Translations under genes and position numbers: made by a program | Assembly: GCA_051294375.1 (NCBI GenBank) | Contig: JBJCIZ010000253.1 | Coordinates: forward strand, 1 to 14,366 | Direction of reading: 5' to 3' | Source of the DNA: Paraspadella gotoi | Taxonomy: Eukaryota > Animalia > Chaetognatha | Length of the DNA: 14,366 nucleotides | Shown: positions 10,201 to 14,366 of the stretch, in pieces | Layout of the letters: each line of letters starts with the position of its first letter | Numbering within the stretch: the first letter of the stretch is position 1 | Notes under the pieces: generated by a model | What the model was told of the DNA's origin: nothing | Databases searched by the model: none | What the model saw: only the letters and a program-made list of their open reading frames with translations

Positions 10201-13200
10201 AACAATAATACAATTCGTTGATAAAAACAAATAAATTTTTTTTTTTCTCCTAAACTATTTAAACTATATTATTTAATTATATATATATTACTTTTTAAAA
10301 ATATTATTTGCTTATTATATCTAATAACTCATTTGGGAGGGGGAGGTCAGTGTTGTCTTCTGGAAATAGAGGGAGCATCTATACAACACAAGGTTAGACT
10401 ACAATAGAATACAATTAGACTACAATATCTAATTTAACATCATTTGGCTTCAAATTATTAAAGATAACCTTTCCCTTTTAAATCTTAGCAAATTAGATCA
10501 TAAGTTTATCAGTTATATCTTAGTTTTAAAGATCCTTTCCTCAATTAAAAATTGCCTCCTTTTATTCAGTTAACTACTAGGTAAACCAAATAATTACCTA
10601 TTACCTACTTAAGAAAAAATCTTTGCCTAAGTTCACCCTTTAATCTCCAGCAGATTGTTGGTGCTGTTGTTAAGCTCAGAAATGTAGTTGAGACTTGAAA
10701 TTCAACAAGAATAAACTTTTTACATTTCTTTAACTGTTTGATGAGAGTGGACGCTGATATCTCTCATAGTTTAGACACAATGAATTATGATGTGCAAGGT
10801 GTGCCAAAAATCCTTCAAGTGCCGGTAGCGCTAAGAGTGTTTGAATTTGAATAGCAATTGATGGAAACCTATTTTTTTAGGCCTCCACAAATTGTGTAAG
10901 ATGTTCTTTGAGATATTTAAAACTTGAGAAATTTGGCAAACCCTAATGGCCCGCTCGGCGGATGAATGTGCTCTGCCTTTTCTGAATGGATGTCGGCCTG
11001 GACGACATGGTATGGAGAACCGCAATCGTTGCCAGATGAATTGTAGTCTTCTTCCTGAAGGTCAGCAAAACTTTCCTCGCTGGCGACAGGCGAGACGTCA
11101 TTGAATAAGTGGCAATTGGGTTGTTGTGATCGATTCACGGACTTGCTCTTTGCGGAATCTTTCTTCGTCGCAGTTTTTTCTTTTATCCTTGCGTCCAATC
11201 GATTATAGGTAACTCCCCATTTGATTTTCTTTTTGCAACACGAGCAACAGAGATGTCCACATTCTACTTTTTTGAAGCAGACGGAATTTCCAGAGAGAAA
11301 TATATATAAAAATATTGCCATGGTAATAAGGGTGCCCACAACAGCAATTGGAATCCAAGTTGACCCTGGAACTGGTGTCGTCCATTTTTCGTTAACTGGC
11401 AAATCCGGATTTTCCCAATTATTCTTAATAATTTCAGGTTAGGGTATGCCAAATGCCAAAAGTTGCTCGGATTTCAAATGAGGTCCAGGATAATATGTGG
11501 AAGCCTAAAAAAATATGTTAGGAACGATCGCCATTTAAATAAGTTAATTACTGGCCGTGCTACCCTGCCTGAATGATCTTTGGCACACCTTTCAGTTCAT
11601 AATTCATTGTGTCTAAAAGTTTTTGGGTCCACTTAAGTTTATTAGTTGTAAAAGTATATGAAGTTAATTCAAATAAATTTTCAGATCCCAACTACCTTTG
11701 GAGGCTCTGCTGCAGCATTTATAACATGCTGGAGGAGGTGGTAGCTATTTTTTGAGTGCTGATGATACTATAAAAGGTTCCTATAAATTATATTCATTAA
11801 CAACTAATTTGTACAGTTTTTAAAATTAACAATTAAAATTTAAAACTAACAATTATATTCATTAACAGAGGAGGATTTAGCCTGCCATCCAATTCTCCTC
11901 TTCCTCTTCTTCTTTCCTCCTCCTGCCTCTCAGTATATTTTGTCTACTGTCTAGCGATACATTCTTTCGTTTCTACTCTTCTTAAATTATATACAAAATA
12001 TATATCTATTAATTAAATCGTAAGACAGTTTAATAAAAATTTTTGCTAAGTCTTATATTGATTGACCAACTACTTCTCATGGGGACCTTTTTTGAAGGAT
12101 TCTGAAAATTTATCCCCACACCTCATCAGTTAAATATGCTGGAGAATGTGGACAAAGGCTGCTGATGATAAAGCTTTTAATTAAAGAATAAAATCCTTAT
12201 TTTTGACTAAAATATGGTCATATAAATGATACGATAATCATACCATTACTTGTGATACATAATGATTATAGATCAATATATTTGCTATTAAAACTTGATA
12301 AAATATGATTTTATATATATGATACGACACCTACGCCACTTATGCCCAAAAGCGTTACAAGATAACTTCATATACTTTTACAACTAATAAACTTAAGTAA
12401 ACACAAAAACCTTTCTTACTTTAGATACAATGAATTATGAAGTGAAAAGTGTGCTAAAAATCCTTCAAGGCAGGGTAGCACGGCCGGTGATCAACTTATT
12501 TAAATAGCGATTGTTCCTAACATTTTTTTGGACCTCCACATATTATCCGAGACCTCACTTGAAATCCGAGCAACTTTTGGCATTTGGCACACCCTAATGG
12601 CAGGTGGAGGCGTCGTCGTAGTCTTGGCATTTTGAGTCACAGGCGCTGTCGTAGATTTGTCCATATGGGTAACTGTCGAAGATGTGTTTGTAGTCTTGGC
12701 GTTGTAAGAGGTACGGTCGTTGTCTTGGCGGTGAGGCGGAGGCATGGGTGAGGTTGTAACTGTGGCGGTTTGGGTAAGAGGAGGCGTCGGACGGTTTGTG
12801 AGAAGCTGCCTCAAACGATCTACTGGAAAATCAACGTACCTTGAAGAGAAAAGATTTTTTATTTCCTTCTGTTTTTGAATAAAATATTAAGTTGGATTGT
12901 TTTCTGGTCTCACCACATATTCACATTCTCCATCGACGCCTTTCCAGATTTTGTTTTCTCAATAAGAAATCCCATACAATAAGCGAGCATAAGGTGTCCC
13001 AAGTGAAACGTCCCGGTTGGCTTAGTGGAGCCTTTGTAGATCTTGATCCAGTTGGCCTTGGAGGAGTTATGACAATCGGCGTCGGCCGAGCCTTCGATCT
13101 CGAAGAGGAGCGGAGCCGAAGCCTCCGTTACCGACGTGAACGAAAAGTTGAGGACGACCTGAAGTGAATGAAAATCGAGACCAAATTTTAAATCACTGTC

Positions 13201-13500
13201 GTCTTTAATTTAGGATGGGGGAGGTTGATATTGAACCAATATTCGTTGTGGAATATCATTGCAGAAGGAATCAGAACCGAAAATAGAATCGGATCCGCGA
13301 CTCGGGTGAAATCCGCCGAAAGCCGGATTCCGCTCTTTCATTGGACGAACCACCAATGGAATTGACCAATCACAAGCTGGACTTCATGCCATCGAGAAAA
13401 CCAGCCCGATGATCCGATGGCTGGGTATTAGACACATTTGAATCCGACAAAGTTTTAATTAGATAACCAGTCTGGGTGTCATTCTGTTCGTTTTTCCAAG
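3826..13500 (-). CDS. Spliced gene, 5'-incomplete, for a single-pass type I membrane protein: discoidin/F5-8 type C-like ectodomain, Thr/Pro-rich stalk, TM helix, Cys cluster and Tyr-motif cytoplasmic tail
   Basis: Exons were joined by hand with GT-AG introns and consistent phases: about 13374-13500, about 13197-13332, 12914-13158, 12593-12839, 10942-11423 and 3826-4216. The last five join in one open frame. The exons are GC-richer than the surrounding DNA. Confidence 0.8.
5120..5421 (+). repeat. (GA)n/(GCA)n-rich dispersed repeat related to 1290-1450
   Basis: Same motifs as 1290-1450, with a low-complexity purine-rich strand. Confidence 0.6.
6427..6637 (-). mobile_element. tRNA-derived SINE-like repeat, copy 1 (tRNA-like head 6531-6606)
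   Basis: The minus strand reads GCGGCCA…TGCCGGAGG (A-box-like)…GGTTCTAGCC (B-box-like)…TGGCCGT, with pairing acceptor-stem ends followed by a non-tRNA tail. It is nearly identical to copy 2. Confidence 0.65.
6685..6825 (+). repeat. Degenerate tandem repeat, about 57-bp unit, 2-2.5 copies
   Basis: GTTGAGGCATGTC(C)GCCTGA-GTGTTGT occurs at about 6714 and about 6763, and GGAAA…CACCA/CGCCA recurs. Confidence 0.7.
6856..7056 (-). mobile_element. tRNA-derived SINE-like repeat, copy 2 (tRNA-like head 6954-7025)
   Basis: Direct repeat of about 6433-6637 with small indels. Acceptor-like stem GCGGCCA/TGGTCGT and B-box-like GGTTCTAGCC. Confidence 0.65.
7824..7938 (+). repeat. Dispersed repeat of about 115 bp, copy 1
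   Basis: ACAGAGGAGGATTTAGCCTGCC-TCCAATTCTCCTCTTCC… is nearly identical to 11865-11981. Confidence 0.9.
8472..9179 (+). CDS. 235-aa intronless ORF with multiple TQT motifs, nested antisense in the large intron; possibly a TE accessory or ORF1-like protein
   Basis: Longest ORF in the window, with good start context (AAAATGG). It has six TQT motifs plus SQT and VQT, and a C-terminal YIPPHRR. Confidence 0.6.
   Translation: MAAINFKDPISSDDLKGEYIGILDNLINFSKRLHTNNANPRILDKNIMNLLALVQNTHMSPLPLKTQTVSTSTQTYFTQANASTQTTKTKASCNQSTQTKFPYLTSSSQTTQTTIISDSVSTQTNVAKTDSQVQTDLPTVKDYTNDVKTQAGKIQGETSFARINSNKNQHKNQACSYQSSVKKWETKSRNERTGPWKEYMIPQTCAEKIYIPPHRRVPQDGKKASSFWKMQKYLP
10086..10254. repeat. Near-perfect palindrome with about 78-bp arms and an 11-nt spacer
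   Basis: 10086-10163 is the reverse complement of 10175-10254 except for homopolymer length. The spacer is GATGAAGCTCT. Confidence 0.95.
10158..10202 (+). ncRNA. Minimal type I hammerhead ribozyme-like motif (Penelope-like)
   Basis: tTGATGA-a-GCTC…GAGT-c-GAAAC-AT-GTA contains the core boxes, a helix II and a palindromic helix III (ACATGT). The first core C is T, and helix I is poor. Confidence 0.5.
10942..11423 (-). CDS. Exon with TM helix (WIPIAVVGTLITMAIFLYIFL), Cys/Lys-rich juxtamembrane segment and proximal cytoplasmic tail
   Basis: 482 nt, in the frame of ORF 10917..11402. It lies exactly between two transposon ends. The hydrophobic helix is followed by basic residues. Confidence 0.82.
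11440..12596. mobile_element. Non-autonomous TIR DNA transposon/MITE of the same family acting as an intron; 1157 bp
   Basis: About 180-bp TIRs at 11440-11620 and 12417-12596 begin TAGGGT(A/G)TGCCAAATGCCAAAAGTTGCTCGGATTTC. The TSD copies are ATTTCAGGT (11431-11439) and ATGGCAGGT (12597-12605), 7/9 identical. Confidence 0.92.
11865..11981 (+). repeat. Dispersed repeat of about 115 bp, copy 2
   Basis: Matches 7824-7938 in the same orientation. Confidence 0.9.
12593..12839 (-). CDS. Exon: YVDFPVDRLRQLL… Thr/Pro-rich mucin-like stalk …TTTTPPPAIR
   Basis: 247 nt. Acceptor is ttttctcttcaAG. It overlaps ORF 12500..12814 and ends at the AGG|GT inside the transposon TIR. Confidence 0.8.
12914..13158 (-). 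CDS. Exon: VVLNFSFTSVTEASAPLLFEIEGSADADCHNSSKANWIKIYKG…ENVNMW (discoidin-like core)
   Basis: 245 nt and open. It is bounded by a pyrimidine-rich CAG acceptor and a GTGAGA donor. P-x-x-F-x-I-E-G-S-x-D…W-x-x-I matches the F5/8C / galactose-binding fold pattern as I recall it. A 74-nt intron (12840-12913) follows. Confidence 0.8.
13197..13332 (-). CDS. Probable exon (…SAMIFHNEYWFNINLPHPKLKTT); 5' boundary uncertain
   Basis: The frame is open from 13337 to 13197. EYWFNINL resembles the discoidin WLQIDL motif. A 38-nt GTGATT…cacttcAG intron (13159-13196) follows and joins in phase 0. Confidence 0.6.
13374..13500 (-). CDS. Probable exon of the membrane-protein gene (WKNEQNDTQTGYLIKTLSDSNVSNTQPSDHRAGFLDGMKSS); 3' boundary uncertain
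   Basis: Acceptor ttaaaaatAG at 13502-13501 is followed by an open frame. FLDG resembles the AFDG motif near the start of discoidin-type domains. A candidate donor GTGATT lies at 13373. Confidence 0.5.
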
Positions 13501-14366
13501 CTATTTTTAACTAAAAAAGTTTTATTTAAAAAAAAAAAATTTTCGCCCGAGCCAGGGGTGTTGAAGAGTCAAAATATAGTTAATAGACACCTTTTTCCGC
13601 TGAAAATTGTCATAGAGTTATGAAAAAGGTATCATTCTTTTCGTATTATAGAGCTATACACAATGAAAGCATTTATAATGCATTTTTTTAAATATCTCGC
13701 CTTTCCCGGAAGCGTTAAAGTGCCACGGGCGTCAAAATAATTGATTTTCAGCAATTTCTGAGGTTTTTCATAACAACTTTTTAGATAATTATAAAAATAA
13801 GGATAAAATTTGTATTACCTGTTATACTTAAATGTTACCTAAAATATTTAATCGTAATTTAAACAACCTCAAACCGTTATTAAGAATTTTTAATAATATA
13901 ATAAAACTGGAAGTTAAATTATTAGCATGAAATTTTTCCTAAAAATGAAAAATTAAGATCACAGATTCAAATAATTTAAATTGCTACAAGAAAAATGGCA
14001 AAGACCAAGTTTTAAAAGATAAAAATAGATGTATTTTGTAACAAAAGTTTTATACAACACAATCCAGTACTACTGAAGGGACTATAGCTGAGTCAATAAG
14101 TGATGACCAAAATGGCCGTAACCGTTTTCAAGTTTAAATTTGGGATGGTCGCGTCGATTCATATCAATTGCCTGCAAAATTCATGAAGTTTGCTCAAGAT
14201 TATTGGGAATTGCAAAGGTCATTGCATTTGCAAACTTGACCTAACGCTCAGCGGCATCATTGAGTAAAGAAAATCCGTTTAAAAATGTGATGAAAGCTTT
14301 TAAATTTAAATTATCTTTCCATTTACTAGAACCAAATTCCTATAGACGATCCCAAACCTTTTTTCA

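Larger units (their letters stand above)
4218..10945. mobile_element. Non-autonomous TIR DNA transposon (Mutator-like by its 9-bp TSD) acting as an intron; 6728 bp with nested insertions
   Basis: Ends are TAGGGTGTGCCAAATTTCTTAAGTTTTAAATATCTCAAAGAA (4218) and its inverted copy ending at 10945. A perfect 9-bp TSD ATGGCCCGC lies at 4209-4217 and 10946-10954. The right TIR is about 175 bp, while the left is recognisable for only about 63 bp. No transposase ORF was seen. Confidence 0.92.

Noticed and set aside
4218-10945. Autonomous transposon with transposase, or any CRISPR or prokaryotic system
   Set aside because: There is no DDE or RT ORF, no regularly spaced repeat-spacer array, and the organisation is eukaryotic exon-intron.
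10941-12597. TTAGGG/CCCTAA at element ends read as telomeric repeats or chromosome-breakage signals
   Set aside because: These are single units. The outer base belongs to the TSD, and the fourth end reads CTAGGG.
12892-13167. Plus-strand ORFs 12892..13167, 11221..11442 and 3844..4068
   Set aside because: They are antisense shadows of the minus-strand exons.
13159-13380. One long exon with read-through of TAA at 13210-13212 (variant genetic code)
   Set aside because: A 38-nt GT-AG intron at 13159-13196 joins a different frame that gives a better domain motif, so no recoding is needed.

Overview
AT-rich eukaryotic genomic DNA, probably from an animal, with two assembly gaps. It is not prokaryotic. 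The very short introns (38-74 nt) resemble those of larvacean tunicates, but the taxon cannot be fixed from this window. The GC-richer islands on the minus strand splice by hand into one fragmented gene for a type I membrane protein. Its order is a discoidin/F5-8C-like ectodomain, a Thr-rich stalk, a TM helix, a Cys cluster, and a cytoplasmic tail with ITIM-like motifs. The main observation is that the gene's two long introns are DNA transposons of one family (4218-10945 and 11440-12596). Both have TAGGG...CCCTA terminal inverted repeats and 9-bp target-site duplications. The TIR supplies the GT donor and flanking host or TSD sequence supplies the AG acceptor, so the frame is restored (+12 nt and -3 nt). 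They are therefore intron-generating elements (Introners). A third, older inverted-repeat element (about 1079-3822) sits at the 3' end of the gene. The introns carry nested cargo: two tRNA-derived SINE-like copies, Penelope-type minimal hammerhead ribozyme motifs, long palindromes, and an antisense 235-aa ORF with many TQT (LC8-binding-type) motifs. All alignments and translations were done by eye, and no splice junction is confirmed by transcript data.
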